Positions 10,598 to 21,207 are shown, numbered from the stretch's first letter. The stretch: DNA of 64,000 bases from Lysobacteraceae bacterium (GCA_021604725.1 BQJN01000005.1:614-64613), one strand, 5' to 3'. Notes: generated by a model from the sequence alone, not told the origin. Program-made: numbers and translations.

Positions 10598-11680
10598 ATG
10601 GCCCAACGTACAGCCCTGTATCAAGTTCATGTCGACGCCGGCGCAAAAATGGTCGATTTTGGCGGATGGGACATGCCGCTAAACTATGGCTCGCAAATCG
10701 ACGAGCACCATATTGTGCGCAAAGATGCTGGTCAGTTTGACGTCTCGCATATGACCGTGGTCGATCTGCACGGTGCGCAAACACTGGACTACTTGCGTCA
10801 TCTGCTGGCCAACAACATTGACAAGCTAGCCAGCGTCGGCAAGGCAATGTACAGCTGCATGCTCAATGAGCAGGGCGGGGTGGTCGATGATCTAATCGTC
10901 TATTACCTCGGCGATACCGATTGCCGCGTCGTGGTCAACGCTTCGACACGAGAAAAGGACCTGAAGTGGATGGGCACCCAAGCCGCCGGTTTCGATGTCG
11001 AGCTAACCGAGCGCGCAGACCTGGCCATGATCGCAGTGCAGGGACCGAATTCACGAGAAAAGTTCGCCGCAACACTAAGCGCCAGTGAGCGCGACCAGGC
11101 AATGGCCTTGGGCAAGTTCAGTGCTGCGGCCATCGGCGATTTGTTTGTAGCGCGGACCGGATACACTGGCGAAGACGGCTTCGAGATCATGGTACCGGGC
11201 GATGCTGCGGCCAAGCTTTGGCGCAAACTCAACGAACAAGGCGTGGCCAACTGCGGACTCGGCGCGCGCGATACCTTGCGGCTTGAAGCGGGTATGAACC
11301 TGTACGGTCAAGACATGGATGAGGCCACCTCGCCTCTGATTTCTGGCCTGACCTGGACCATCGCCTGGGATCCGGACGATCGACACTTTGTCGGCCGTGA
11401 TGTGCTGGAAAAGCAGAGGTCTGACGGTGTGGACAGTAAATTGGTTGGCCTGGTGCTGGAAGACCGCGGAGTCCTGCGACATGGTCAGAAAGTGATCACC
11501 GCCGATGGCGACGGTATAGTCACCAGCGGCAGCTTCTCGCCAACGTTGGGCAAGGCGATTGGCCTTGCCAGGGTTCCGAAAGGAGCGGCCGAATCGGCAC
11601 ACGTCGACATCCGCGGTCGACAGTTGGCGGTACGCTTCGTTCGGCCGCCGTTCGTGCGCGATGGCGAGGCGAAAATTTGA
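10598..11680 (+). CDS. gcvT: Glycine cleavage system aminomethyltransferase
   Basis: MVDFGGWDMP, FDVSHM, RTGYTGEDGFE, GLGARDTLRLEAG. Confidence 0.97.
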   Translation: MAQRTALYQVHVDAGAKMVDFGGWDMPLNYGSQIDEHHIVRKDAGQFDVSHMTVVDLHGAQTLDYLRHLLANNIDKLASVGKAMYSCMLNEQGGVVDDLIVYYLGDTDCRVVVNASTREKDLKWMGTQAAGFDVELTERADLAMIAVQGPNSREKFAATLSASERDQAMALGKFSAAAIGDLFVARTGYTGEDGFEIMVPGDAAAKLWRKLNEQGVANCGLGARDTLRLEAGMNLYGQDMDEATSPLISGLTWTIAWDPDDRHFVGRDVLEKQRSDGVDSKLVGLVLEDRGVLRHGQKVITADGDGIVTSGSFSPTLGKAIGLARVPKGAAESAHVDIRGRQLAVRFVRPPFVRDGEAKI

Positions 11681-11766
11681 TTCTCGGCAGGAAGGCTACA
11701 TAGCGCCTGGGTTGGTGCTAGAATCGCCGCGTAATTTGTTCAAATTAGTGTCAGGTAGGACAAGCC

Positions 11767-12156
11767 ATGAGTGAAATCCCCAGCGAACTGCGTTTTGCAG
11801 AAAGTCATGAATGGGCCCGTTTAAACGACGATGGCACGATAACCATCGGCATTTCCGATCACGCGCAGAGCCAACTGGGCGATCTGGTGTACGTGGAACT
11901 GCCGGAAGTCGGCGATGAGGCCACGGCTGGAGATGCCATTGCGGTGGTTGAATCTGTCAAAGCCGCATCCGACGTGTACAGCCCCATTAGCGGCGAAATC
12001 GTTGCCGTCAACGACGACCTGGCCGACGCGCCGGAGCGAGTTAACGAATCGCCGTATGACGATGGCTGGCTGTACTCCGTCCAACCCGCCAGTGAAGGCG
12101 AGTACGATGCCATGATGGATTCGGATGCATACGCCGAATCGTTGGACGACGAATAA
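11767..12156 (+). CDS. gcvH: Glycine cleavage system H protein
   Basis: HEW, lipoyl site [22 protein letters not shown]. Confidence 0.97.
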   Translation: MSEIPSELRFAESHEWARLNDDGTITIGISDHAQSQLGDLVYVELPEVGDEATAGDAIAVVESVKAASDVYSPISGEIVAVNDDLADAPERVNESPYDDGWLYSVQPASEGEYDAMMDSDAYAESLDDE

Positions 12157-12240
12157 CGCGCCACCTTGACACACGCGCGCCCCACGGCGCGCTCGATACC
12201 GGCCCTTGAAACCCAAGGGCCTCAAAGCTTCGGACCTGCC

Positions 12241-13599
12241 ATGCCTTTCATTCCCCACACTGAAAATGACGTTCGCGAGATGCTCAAGACCATTGGTGTC
12301 GAGCGCATCAATGATCTGTTTGACGAGATTCCACAGTCGTTACGTGTGGGCAGCCTTGACGGCATTCCGGAGGGAATGACCGAGATGCAGGTGACCCGCC
12401 ACATGCAGGCGCTGGCCGCCACTGATGGCACGCCACTGAATTTTGCCGGTTCCGGTGCTTATGAACACCACATTCCGGCGGCTGTATGGGAAATCACCAC
12501 GCGCGGCGAGTTCTACAGTGCCTATACGCCCTATCAGGCAGAAGCCAGTCAGGGAACGTTGCAGGTCATCTACGAATTCCAGACCATGATGGCCAAGCTA
12601 CTGGGCATGGAAGTATCCAACGCTTCCCTGTATGACGGTGCCACCAGCATGGCCGAAGCGATTTTGATGGCAGTGAGGGCCAACCGCAAAGACAAGACGC
12701 AACGCATTTTGGTACCCCGCTCAATTCATCCGACCTACCGCAAGGTGGTGCAGACCATCGTTTCAAGTCAGGGACTGACCCTGGAAGAAATCGACTACGA
12801 TGGCGAAACCGGTACCATCAATCCGGACAGCGTCAAGGCGTGGAAGGACAAGGGATACGCGGCCTTGGTGATCCCACAGCCGAACTTCTTCGGCAACCTT
12901 GAACCAGTAGATGCCCTGACCAATGCTGCACACGAAGCAGGCGCCCTGGCCATTGCCGTGGTCAATCCACTGGCGATGTCGATACTCAAGCCTCCTGGCC
13001 AATGGGGCGACAACGGCGTCGATATTGCCTGCGGCGAAGGCCAACCTTTGGGGGTTCCACTGTCCTCTGGTGGCCCATACTACGGATTGTTGTGCTGCAA
13101 GCAGGCGATCGTACGACAGATGCCCGGTCGCCTGGTCGGTCGCACCACGGATATGGATGGCAAGCCCGGGTTCGCTTTGACCTTGCAAGCCCGCGAGCAG
13201 CACATTAGACGCGGCAAGGCGACCTCGAATATTTGTACCAACCAGGGCTTGGCGGTGACAGCTTCGACCATCCATATGGCGTTGCTGGGTCCGGAGGGCC
13301 TGGAACGTGTGGCGCGCGCCTCGGTGGTCAACACTGCCAGGTTGATGGACCTTGTCGCGGGCATAGATGGCGTTACTGTGCTGTTTCGCAGTCCGCGGTT
13401 TCACGAATTCGTTGTTCAACTGCCGATACCGGCAGACAGCGTCATCGAGAAGATGGCCGCGGAGAAAATCGTCGCCGGCTATGGCATCGGTCATCACTAT
13501 CCGGAGCTGGGCAACGCCATGGCGGTATGCGCCACCGAAACGAAGACCGAAGACGACCTGGCGATGTACGTGGCTGCACTACAACGCGCCATCCAGTGA
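12241..13599 (+). CDS. gcvPA: Glycine dehydrogenase subunit 1 (split P protein)
   Basis: MPFIPHT start, [37 protein letters not shown]; ~450 aa. Confidence 0.93.
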   Translation: MPFIPHTENDVREMLKTIGVERINDLFDEIPQSLRVGSLDGIPEGMTEMQVTRHMQALAATDGTPLNFAGSGAYEHHIPAAVWEITTRGEFYSAYTPYQAEASQGTLQVIYEFQTMMAKLLGMEVSNASLYDGATSMAEAILMAVRANRKDKTQRILVPRSIHPTYRKVVQTIVSSQGLTLEEIDYDGETGTINPDSVKAWKDKGYAALVIPQPNFFGNLEPVDALTNAAHEAGALAIAVVNPLAMSILKPPGQWGDNGVDIACGEGQPLGVPLSSGGPYYGLLCCKQAIVRQMPGRLVGRTTDMDGKPGFALTLQAREQHIRRGKATSNICTNQGLAVTASTIHMALLGPEGLERVARASVVNTARLMDLVAGIDGVTVLFRSPRFHEFVVQLPIPADSVIEKMAAEKIVAGYGIGHHYPELGNAMAVCATETKTEDDLAMYVAALQRAIQ

Positions 13600-13613
13600 C
13601 TGCGGTGCGCGCC

Positions 13614-14063
13614 ATGTCAGCCCGCTGTCGGTGGCTAGTCGCCGCCGTTGCGATGCTGGCCTTGAGCGCGTGTCAGGCCGAGCCCACTGTGACTGTCGCC
13701 GGCCATACCTTTGTAGTTGAAATTGCTGACGACCCGAAAAGCCAACAGTTAGGCTTGATGTTTCGCGACGAGATGGCTGATGACCATGGCATGGTCTTTA
13801 TCTTCAAGCGCTCGCAACCGCGTTCATTCTGGATGAAGAACACCCGCATTCCCCTCGACATCCTGTATTTCGACGAACATCGACGGCTGGTCAGCATGCA
13901 AACCGATGTTCGACCGTGCCGCACTCAGCAGTGCCCAGGCTACCCCAGCCGCAAACCCGCCAAATATGTGCTCGAGATCAACGGGGGTCTGGCCGAACAG
14001 CTGGGCATCACTACCGGTGCCAAGATGACCTTCTCGTGGGAGGAAGGCGATAGCGAAAACTAA
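13614..14063 (+). CDS. DUF192-family lipoprotein
   Basis: Lipobox LSAC; VEIAD...GLMFR, FWMKNTRIPLDI, YVLEINGG; ATG 13614. Confidence 0.9.
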   Translation: MSARCRWLVAAVAMLALSACQAEPTVTVAGHTFVVEIADDPKSQQLGLMFRDEMADDHGMVFIFKRSQPRSFWMKNTRIPLDILYFDEHRRLVSMQTDVRPCRTQQCPGYPSRKPAKYVLEINGGLAEQLGITTGAKMTFSWEEGDSEN

Positions 14064-14108
14064 CCAAGCTCGCCGCGATGCATGGACGTATTGCCCTTGC
14101 GGTGGGTC

Positions 14109-14678
14109 TTAAGCGAAGGAAGGGTGGCGAAAACAGCTGGTGACGTGGTCGTTAACCATACCGGTCGCTTGCATAAAGGCATAACAGATGGTGCTTCCTA
14201 CGAATCTGAACCCGCGTTTTTTCAAGGCTTTGCTCATCTGGTCGGATACGGCGGTCGATGCCGGCACCTCAGAGAGAGCCTTCCACTGATTGATTACCGG
14301 CTTGTGGTCGACAAACGACCAAAGCCATCGGCCAAACTGTTCGCCCGACGCATTCATCGATTGAATCACCTTGGCATTGTTTATGGTGGAACTGACTTTC
14401 AGTTTGTTGCGGACAATGCCGGCGTCAGCCATCAGGCGTTGATAGTCGTGATCAGAAAACGCAGCCACCGTCGCGATGTCAAAACCGGCGAAAGCTTGCC
14501 GATAGTTTTCGCGCTTGCGCAAGATGGTCAGCCAACTCAGGCCCGCCTGTGCCGCCTCCAGGGTCAACATTTCAAACAATGTTTGATCATCGTAGACCGG
14601 GATACCCCATTCCTGGTCATGATAGGCCACATACTGCGCATCATCACCACACCAACTGCATCGCGTCACGCCTGTCAT
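14109..14678 (-). CDS. tag: DNA-3-methyladenine glycosylase I
   Basis: RCSW, YHDQEWG, QAGLSW, GIVRNKLK, FMQATGMVNDHVTSC. Confidence 0.96.
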   Translation of the reverse strand: MTGVTRCSWCGDDAQYVAYHDQEWGIPVYDDQTLFEMLTLEAAQAGLSWLTILRKRENYRQAFAGFDIATVAAFSDHDYQRLMADAGIVRNKLKVSSTINNAKVIQSMNASGEQFGRWLWSFVDHKPVINQWKALSEVPASTAVSDQMSKALKKRGFRFVGSTICYAFMQATGMVNDHVTSCFRHPSFA

Positions 14679-14821
14679 GCAACCACCCAATAGCCCTTGC
14701 CGAAGTTGCCAGATTGTAAGCAAATCGGTAAGTCATTGCGCTTGGAGTTTTCGTCTCGTTTGCTCCCCTTGCCATGCCAATGGCAGAATGGTGGCAATGA
14801 TTGGCATTTAGGCTATAGGAC

Positions 14822-15331
14822 TTGATTGACCCCGATGGATACAGACCTAACGTTGGCATAATCGTCGCCGGAAAACACGGCAAAGTATTTTGGGCACGCC
14901 GAGTGAACCGAGATGGCTGGCAGTTTCCGCAGGGTGGAATGCGCTCGGATGAAACGCCGTTGGAAGCGATGTATCGCGAACTACGTGAAGAGGTCGGTCT
15001 TAAGCCGGAGCATATTGATGTGCTCGCGGAGACCCCTGGGTGGCTGAAGTATCGCCTGCCGAGGCGGTATCAACGCTCCGAGCAAAAGCCCTTGTGCATC
15101 GGCCAAAAACAAGTCTGGTTTTTGGTCAAACTTGTAACCGATGAATCCAAGGTTCGTCTCGACCTGACCGAAAAGCCGGAATTTGATCGGTGGCGTTGGG
15201 TCGACTTCTGGTATCCGGTCAATCACGTGGTGCATTTCAAGCGCGGAGTGTACCGTCACGCACTACGTATACTCGAACCATTCGCGGCTGACCTTGGCCG
15301 CAGCAATAGCAAAGCTGTCGTAAACCAATAG
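14822..15331 (+). CDS. rppH: RNA pyrophosphohydrolase (Nudix)
   Basis: [20 protein letters not shown]...[17 protein letters not shown]; TTG start. Confidence 0.96.
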   Translation: MIDPDGYRPNVGIIVAGKHGKVFWARRVNRDGWQFPQGGMRSDETPLEAMYRELREEVGLKPEHIDVLAETPGWLKYRLPRRYQRSEQKPLCIGQKQVWFLVKLVTDESKVRLDLTEKPEFDRWRWVDFWYPVNHVVHFKRGVYRHALRILEPFAADLGRSNSKAVVNQ

Positions 15332-15379
15332 CCTTGCGAGGACCTTCGGCGATTGGTCTTTTTGTGTTTGTGACTTGCT

Positions 15380-15397
15380 ACTTACTTACTAGTAAGT
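15380..15397. promoter_or_regulatory. TetR operator 1 (autoregulatory)
   Basis: Palindrome ACTTACT-TACT-AGTAAGT, 12 bp before the TetR start; near-identical copy at 16047. Confidence 0.8.
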
Positions 15398-15409
15398 TAG
15401 GATAGCACC

Positions 15410-16021
15410 ATGAACGAACGAACAGACACCCGAGGCAAGATCGTTTCCCGCGCAACCGAACTATTGAAAGAGCGCGGTTACAACGGCTTTTCGTACAACG
15501 ATATTTCCGGTCCGTTGGGTGTTCGCAACGCAGCAATCCATTATCACTTCGGTAGCAAGGCAGAACTTTGCACTGAACTGGTTGAGCAGTATCGCGAGCT
15601 GCTGCGCAGCCAGACCAGCCAGTTTATGGCCAGCGGCGGTAGCGCGACTGAGCAGATCGAGGGCTACTTCCGTTTCTGCATGCACGAGTGTCCAGACTGC
15701 AGCTCATTGTGCCCACTGGGTGCATTGGCTGTCGATTTCGAGCGCGCACCTGACGCCGTGAAAGAGCGTGCGAAGCTGCTGATTGAAGAGACGCACGCCT
15801 GGTTGACTCGTGTATTTGAGGTCGGCAAAGCGCAAGGTGAAATGAGCTTTCAGACCGAGCCGAGCCTGATGGCTCACATGCTGATGTCCACTGTACAGGG
15901 CTCGCGAACCTTGCAACGCATCTCCGGACACACTCGCCTTGAAGCAGTGATTGAAGGCTGGCGAGCGCAGATTTTTGGAACCACGGCCGCTGACAACAGC
16001 GCCGATACAGCGGCAGCTTGA
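15410..16021 (+). CDS. TetR/AcrR-family regulator (NemR/YxaF-like)
   Basis: GYNGFSYNDIS...IHYHFGSKAEL HTH; CP.C..CP Cys cluster. Confidence 0.92.
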   Translation: MNERTDTRGKIVSRATELLKERGYNGFSYNDISGPLGVRNAAIHYHFGSKAELCTELVEQYRELLRSQTSQFMASGGSATEQIEGYFRFCMHECPDCSSLCPLGALAVDFERAPDAVKERAKLLIEETHAWLTRVFEVGKAQGEMSFQTEPSLMAHMLMSTVQGSRTLQRISGHTRLEAVIEGWRAQIFGTTAADNSADTAAA

Positions 16022-16046
16022 TAGTTGCCCTTTTTTTGACCGTTTA

Positions 16047-16064
16047 ACTTACTAACTAGTAAGT
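16047..16064. promoter_or_regulatory. TetR operator 2
   Basis: ACTTACT-AACT-AGTAAGT directly before the next CDS. Confidence 0.8.
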
Positions 16065-16079
16065 AACTTGGAGAGCACC

Positions 16080-16568
16080 ATGGCTATGCCGCAACCGCTT
16101 CGAACACATTCTGAACCCTCAGTTCAGCCCACATCAACAGCTTCTGCACCGAGGCGAGCTCCAGCAGCCATCGTGCAGCTGCCAACAAAGGCAGTACCGC
16201 GACGCAAGTCACCCTGGTCCTATGCTGCGTTGGCACTGGCCGGTTTGGGCATCAGCGCGATCTACGCTTCGATGGCACCAAATGCGTTGGCCTTGCTAGA
16301 GCCGACCGTGGCCTTGGGTGGCCTGTTACTACTGGCTGCTGGCGCATTTTTCGGCAAGCCAGCCATCGCCGCTACACATCTGGCCGCAGGCTCCGTGCTT
16401 GTTTTGCTTACGGTGACCGCGATCGGCGGCAGCGCACTAGCAGTCGCCGCTTTGCTCCCCGCAATGGGCCATTGGTGGTATCAAGGCAGTGAGCAGGAAA
16501 GAAACGTGGTTGTGATTTTCGCTGGCGCGGTGCTTGGTCTATTGTTGGCCATAGCCATTGCAGCGTAA
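16080..16568 (+). CDS. Hypothetical membrane protein (Pro/Ser-rich N-terminus, ~4-5 TM)
   Basis: GGAG SD before ATG 16080; hydrophobic segments; no family recognised. Confidence 0.65.
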   Translation: MAMPQPLRTHSEPSVQPTSTASAPRRAPAAIVQLPTKAVPRRKSPWSYAALALAGLGISAIYASMAPNALALLEPTVALGGLLLLAAGAFFGKPAIAATHLAAGSVLVLLTVTAIGGSALAVAALLPAMGHWWYQGSEQERNVVVIFAGAVLGLLLAIAIAA

Positions 16569-16580
16569 CCCGGTTAAAGA

Positions 16581-16607
16581 TACCCGGCTGAAGCTCTCAG
16601 CCGGGTA
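16581..16607. terminator. Hairpin between convergent genes
   Basis: TACCCGGCTGA-AGCTC-TCAGCCGGGTA, 11-bp stem. Confidence 0.55.
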
Positions 16608-16618
16608 GGTAGGTCAAT

Positions 16619-18460
16619 TCATCGACCGCCTAACTGGCACATACAGTGGGCGTACATGGTGTTGATCTTGTGATCAGCGAAAAGCACTCGCAGCTCATCG
16701 ATCACATCACGGGCCCCTGGCCACAGACTTAATCCGCCCAGATGCTGGTCGAGGCCAACACCGGCCAGCACCGATGCGGTCATGTCGAGCAAGAACCGTT
16801 CGAAAGAAGTCACTTCTCGCTCAATCCAGCGCAACTCATACTGCTCAATGTCCGCCAACTCCGCCGCCTTATTGACAGCATCGGCCATCGTTCCAAGCTC
16901 ATCGATCAAACCACGATCATAGGCCTGTTGGCCGCTCCAGACACGGCCGCGCGCGACTTCGTCAACCGCCTCAACGCTCATCTGCCGCGACTCGGCAACG
17001 CGAGTCAGGAACTGTTCGTAGCCGTTGTCGATCACCTGCTGAATGATTTTGCCTGCTTCTTCAGGGAGCTTGCGGTCAGCGCGAAAGGCCCCGGCCAGCG
17101 GCGTGGTGCCGATACCATCGGTGTGCACACCAATCTTTTCCAGCGTATCGGGGAAGGTCAGCATCAAGCCAAATATTCCAATCGATCCGGTGATCGTCGC
17201 TGGATTAGCGTAGATGGCATCGGCAGACATCGAGATCCAGTAGCCACCGGATGCCGCCACATCACCCATGGATACCACCACGGGTTTGCCTGCCGATCGG
17301 GTCAGTTCTACCTGGTGACGGATTTGTTCCGACGGAAACACTGCGCCGCCCGGACTGTTGACTCGGAGTACGACGGCTTTGACCTTGTCGTCGCGCCGAG
17401 CGCGTTCCAGCAACCGTGCGGTGCTTTCACCGCCGACCACACCGGCCGGCTGATCGCCGTAGACGATGGCGCCCTGAGCGACAACCACCGCAATGCGGTT
17501 GCTGCTGTACTCACCGGGCCCGACCGCGCTGAGGTAGGTGTCGATGTCTATCTGTCTGAACGTTTCGCTTTTCGGTTCCGAAGCAACACCCATGTCCATC
17601 AGCGCTTTGCGCATCTGATCGCGTGTCATCAATTGATCGACCAAACCGGCATTTACCGCCAGCTTGGCCAGGTCACCACCGGCGTCGGCCAATTCCTGAT
17701 CAAAGCGCTCAGCCAACATTTGCACACGGCCTTTTGGCAACTCTCGATGCGCTTCAACGTGGTCGGTAAAGGTGCTCCACAGGTCACCCAGCCAATAGAG
17801 ATTGGCCTCGCGTGACTGTTCCGACATTGAATCGCGGATGTAGGGTTCGGCCGCAGATTTATACTCACCGACCCTAAACAGGTGCACGTCGACCCCCAGC
17901 ATGTCGAGTCCGGACTTGTAGTAGTTGCGATAACGGTCGTAGCCTTCCAGGAATACCACGCCTTCAGGGTGCATCCAGACCTCATCGGCTATTGATGCCA
18001 GATAATATTGATGCTGGCCCATGCCATCGCTCATCGCGATAACAGGCTTGCCGCTGCCCTTGAACGCCTCAATGCTGGCTCCGATCTCCAGCAAACTGGC
18101 CAGGCCAACGCTCCAGATCGTATCCGGGTGCAGTACCAGATGACTGATGCGGTCGTCTTCACGGGCGCGATCGATGGCGCGAATAACGTCACGCAACCGC
18201 GTTTCCGGCAACTCCCGGTCCAGCGCTCGATCCAGAGCAATATCCACCGGCTCGCGGGAATACTCGTCGACGATAATGCCGTTGGGTGCCAGAACCAGTG
18301 CCGTCTTTTCCTTCACGACAATGGACTGATCAGACATCATGGCCGCGAAGATGATCGCTACGATGAATAAAAACAGAAGGTTCAACACCACGCGACGGGT
18401 GCCGTCGATGATGGTCCACAGGCCTTCAAACAAGCGGACAACGACATTTGAGGTACTCAT
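16619..18460 (-). CDS. sppA: Signal peptide peptidase SppA (protease IV, long form)
   Basis: VGEYKSAAEP, RVNSPGG, SMGDVAASGGYW, TGSIG, GRVWSG. Confidence 0.96.
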   Translation of the reverse strand: MSTSNVVVRLFEGLWTIIDGTRRVVLNLLFLFIVAIIFAAMMSDQSIVVKEKTALVLAPNGIIVDEYSREPVDIALDRALDRELPETRLRDVIRAIDRAREDDRISHLVLHPDTIWSVGLASLLEIGASIEAFKGSGKPVIAMSDGMGQHQYYLASIADEVWMHPEGVVFLEGYDRYRNYYKSGLDMLGVDVHLFRVGEYKSAAEPYIRDSMSEQSREANLYWLGDLWSTFTDHVEAHRELPKGRVQMLAERFDQELADAGGDLAKLAVNAGLVDQLMTRDQMRKALMDMGVASEPKSETFRQIDIDTYLSAVGPGEYSSNRIAVVVAQGAIVYGDQPAGVVGGESTARLLERARRDDKVKAVVLRVNSPGGAVFPSEQIRHQVELTRSAGKPVVVSMGDVAASGGYWISMSADAIYANPATITGSIGIFGLMLTFPDTLEKIGVHTDGIGTTPLAGAFRADRKLPEEAGKIIQQVIDNGYEQFLTRVAESRQMSVEAVDEVARGRVWSGQQAYDRGLIDELGTMADAVNKAAELADIEQYELRWIEREVTSFERFLLDMTASVLAGVGLDQHLGGLSLWPGARDVIDELRVLFADHKINTMYAHCMCQLGGR

Positions 18461-18622
18461 CCGTAAAAGTCTATCCCGGCTGGCCGATGACAACAATCGG
18501 GAAGAAGTAACGAATTGCAGCGCCTATATTGAAAGCGCAGATCGCTTCTACCAGGCAATCACGCTACCCTGCAGTCATTGCAGTCGCCCGAATTTCTCCT
18601 ACAGCGGAACTAGATCTGAGCC

Positions 18623-19405
18623 ATGACACAACGAATCATCGAATTGAATGAAGGTTTCTGGAACATTCGCGGGTCGTTCAAGATCGGCGGTTTGATTGAC
18701 GTCGGCACTCAGGCCTCCCTGGTCCGTCTGCAATCGGGGCATTTCGTGTTGCTCGACACCTGCGCCCTGGACCGCAAGACCATTGACAAAATCAATGCGC
18801 TGACCGACAACGGCCGACTGCTACAGGCGATCATTAACCTGCATCCATTCCATACCTTGCACGTGAACGATGCGCACAAGCTGTTTCCAAACGCAAAGCT
18901 ATATGGAACGGCGCGCCATCATCAGAAACTGGACGGTCTGCCCTGGGAGAGTCAGCTAACCGAATCGAGCGAACTGCATCAGATGTTTGCCGATGACCTG
19001 GATTTTTCGGTGCCCTCAGGTGTTGAGTTCATCTCGGACAACGAGAACGTGCATTTCGCCTCGGTCCTGGCCTGGCATCCAAATTCTCGAACCATTCACG
19101 TCGACGACACCTTGATGTATATCCGATTCCCATTGCCGCTTCGCATCATTGGCCATCGTGACACGGTGCGGTTCCACCCAACGCTCAGCAAAGTCCTGTT
19201 ACCACAAACAGGCGCGGCGGAGTCCTTTGCCGAGTGGGCAACTGGCTTGGCTACACAATGGGCCGATGCGGAGAACCTGTGTGCCGCCCACGTCACCTCT
19301 TTGCTCGGTAGCAATAACCGCGGCGCGCCGATCGCTGAACGAATTCTGTCCGCGTTGGACGGTGTCCGATCAACACTTGCCAGCCACGAAAACGGTCTGA
19401 GCTGA
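18623..19405 (+). CDS. Metallo-beta-lactamase-fold hypothetical protein (DUF4336-like)
   Basis: LLDT, NLHPFHTLH, HVDD, CAAH metal-ligand-like motifs. Confidence 0.55.
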   Translation: MTQRIIELNEGFWNIRGSFKIGGLIDVGTQASLVRLQSGHFVLLDTCALDRKTIDKINALTDNGRLLQAIINLHPFHTLHVNDAHKLFPNAKLYGTARHHQKLDGLPWESQLTESSELHQMFADDLDFSVPSGVEFISDNENVHFASVLAWHPNSRTIHVDDTLMYIRFPLPLRIIGHRDTVRFHPTLSKVLLPQTGAAESFAEWATGLATQWADAENLCAAHVTSLLGSNNRGAPIAERILSALDGVRSTLASHENGLS

Positions 19406-19544
19406 ACCTTGAACCAACAAACCGACGCGGCGAATGCGGCCCCGCATGGTCGAATTTGCGGGAAATGGGCGGCTTTTGCAGCTAAACTACGTAAAACTGA
19501 TCGTGTGATAAGCACATTATGCGGCCTCACGAGCCGCCCGAGAT

Positions 19545-20168
19545 ATGTCGTCGCCAACTAACACCACAGCACTGATCCTCATCATCGTCGCGATGTGCGT
19601 CGCTGCGCCCAGTGCCAGCGGTCAGATTTATAAATTTGTTGATGAGAACGGCATCATCAACTACACCGGCACCAAGCCGAATCGAGATGACTATGTGGTG
19701 GTGGCCTGTCAGCTCTGCCGCAAGAGCAGGGCAGCCGATTATCGACGCGTACCGCTGGACACCGAGCGTTTTGCCGCCGAGGTCAATCAAGCCGCACGAA
19801 CTCATAATCTGGATGCGGCTCTGCTCAGGGCGGTGATCCACGTTGAGTCATGGTTTGACCCTGCGGCTGTGTCTCGAGTTGGCGCGCAAGGCTTGATGCA
19901 GTTAATGCCGGACACGGGCAAGCAGTACGGCATACGAAATCCTTTTGATGCCGCCGAGAACATTGCGGTCGGAAGCCAACACCTTAAAGAATTGATCGAC
20001 CAGTACGGCGGCGATGAACGCCTGGCCCTGGCTGCTTACAACGCCGGAGCCGGTGCGGTTCGAAAGTACAAGGGTGTGCCGCCTTATCGCGAGACCCGAG
20101 ACTACATCGACCGGGTATCCATATTGCGCGACCGCTACGCTTCCGCCCGAGGCCAGGGCGCGCCGTGA
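19545..20168 (+). CDS. Lytic transglycosylase (SLT domain) with N-terminal DUF4124
   Basis: Signal peptide, IYKFVDENG, VES catalytic Glu, GAQGLMQLMP, AAYNAG. Confidence 0.92.
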   Translation: MSSPTNTTALILIIVAMCVAAPSASGQIYKFVDENGIINYTGTKPNRDDYVVVACQLCRKSRAADYRRVPLDTERFAAEVNQAARTHNLDAALLRAVIHVESWFDPAAVSRVGAQGLMQLMPDTGKQYGIRNPFDAAENIAVGSQHLKELIDQYGGDERLALAAYNAGAGAVRKYKGVPPYRETRDYIDRVSILRDRYASARGQGAP

Positions 20169-21073
20169 ACCGGCGACTACCCAGCCTGTCTTTGCTTCGA
20201 GCTTTCGAACGCGCTGCCCATCATTCGTCGGTCAAACTTGCTGCCAATGATTTGTACGTCACACCTGGGGCAGTTTCTCAAAAGATCAAACAACTGGAAC
20301 AAGAGCTTGGCATTCCGCTATTTCGACGCGAAGGCCGCTCGATCCGACTGACCGCCGCAGGCAAGGGATATTACCGTGACGTGGCCAGAGCCTTTGCTCG
20401 CCTTGAGACCGGGACGCAACGGCTGCAGGATCAGTTTGGCGCCCAGGTGTTGCGGCTGCATCTGCTGCCATTTTTTGCCTCGGCGATCCTGATCCCGCGC
20501 TTGCCGGCGTTTCAGGCCGCGCACCCTGACATCGAAGTACGTATCGAATCCTCGTTCGGGCTCACCGGCGAGCACCCCGAAGGCGCTGACCTGTCGGTTA
20601 TTCTCGGCAACGGCGACTGGCCGGGTCTTAAGTCCAACCGTTTGCTCGACATTCACCTACAGCCGGTCGCCTGCCCTGAAATTGCCGCCACCATTCGACC
20701 TGATCACCCCGAAGATATAAACCAACACACCATTGTTCGGTTCACCTCGAGACTGGATGCCTGGGAGCAATGGACCCGCCAAAGTGCACTGGATTTCGCT
20801 CCGCAGGGGCAATTCGGAGTCGACAGCATGTTCTCAGCGCTAACAGCTGCTGAACAGGGCTTGGGTGTGGCCATGGCGGTGCGCCCGGTGACCGATGAGA
20901 AGATCCAGCAATCCAGTTTGCAGTATGTGCTCAATCACTCCGTACCGGCTATTGACTCCTACTATCTTGTCTACCGCGCGTCCGATGCGGTGCGTCCGGG
21001 CGTGGCTATTTTCAGGGATTGGTTGATGGAGCAGTTCGTGGCGGAAAACCTAACTTTGCCGAGTGGCGAATAA
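20165..21073 (+). CDS. LysR-family regulator, GcvA/AmpR-like
   Basis: RRLPSLSLLRAFERAAHHSSVKLAA...VTPGAVSQ; PRLPAFQAAHPDI; FRDWL. Overlaps the upstream stop (GTGA). Confidence 0.9.
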   Translation: MNRRLPSLSLLRAFERAAHHSSVKLAANDLYVTPGAVSQKIKQLEQELGIPLFRREGRSIRLTAAGKGYYRDVARAFARLETGTQRLQDQFGAQVLRLHLLPFFASAILIPRLPAFQAAHPDIEVRIESSFGLTGEHPEGADLSVILGNGDWPGLKSNRLLDIHLQPVACPEIAATIRPDHPEDINQHTIVRFTSRLDAWEQWTRQSALDFAPQGQFGVDSMFSALTAAEQGLGVAMAVRPVTDEKIQQSSLQYVLNHSVPAIDSYYLVYRASDAVRPGVAIFRDWLMEQFVAENLTLPSGE

Positions 21074-21137
21074 TAGATATTGCCTGAGCACCGTTCGTCG
21101 CTCTAAAATAACCGCTCATCGCGTAAAGACTGTAACA

Positions 21138-21201
21138 ATTAGTTAAACTAAACTGTCGCGCGAATTTATCGATTGTGCCCGTTGCGGCTTATCCGTAATC
21201 T
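21138..21201 (+). promoter_or_regulatory. LysR (GcvA-type) box plus sigma70 promoter
   Basis: ATTAG-N5-CTAAA at 21138-21152; -35 TTGTGC 21173-78, 17-bp spacer, -10 TAATCT 21196-21201. Confidence 0.65.
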
Positions 21202-21207
21202 AGTACT

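Noticed and set aside
13233-13613. N-terminal extension of the DUF192 ORF (likewise extensions of ccoN, ccoO, ccoG, HDAC, ogt)
   Set aside because: They overlap upstream genes or leaders; family homology and signal peptides begin at downstream starts.
16742-17815. Long antisense ORFs (357 aa here; also 61389-62252, 12763-13497, 26932-27660, 52157-52846)
   Set aside because: They lie opposite well-conserved genes in GC-rich DNA and have no recognisable motifs (shadow ORFs).
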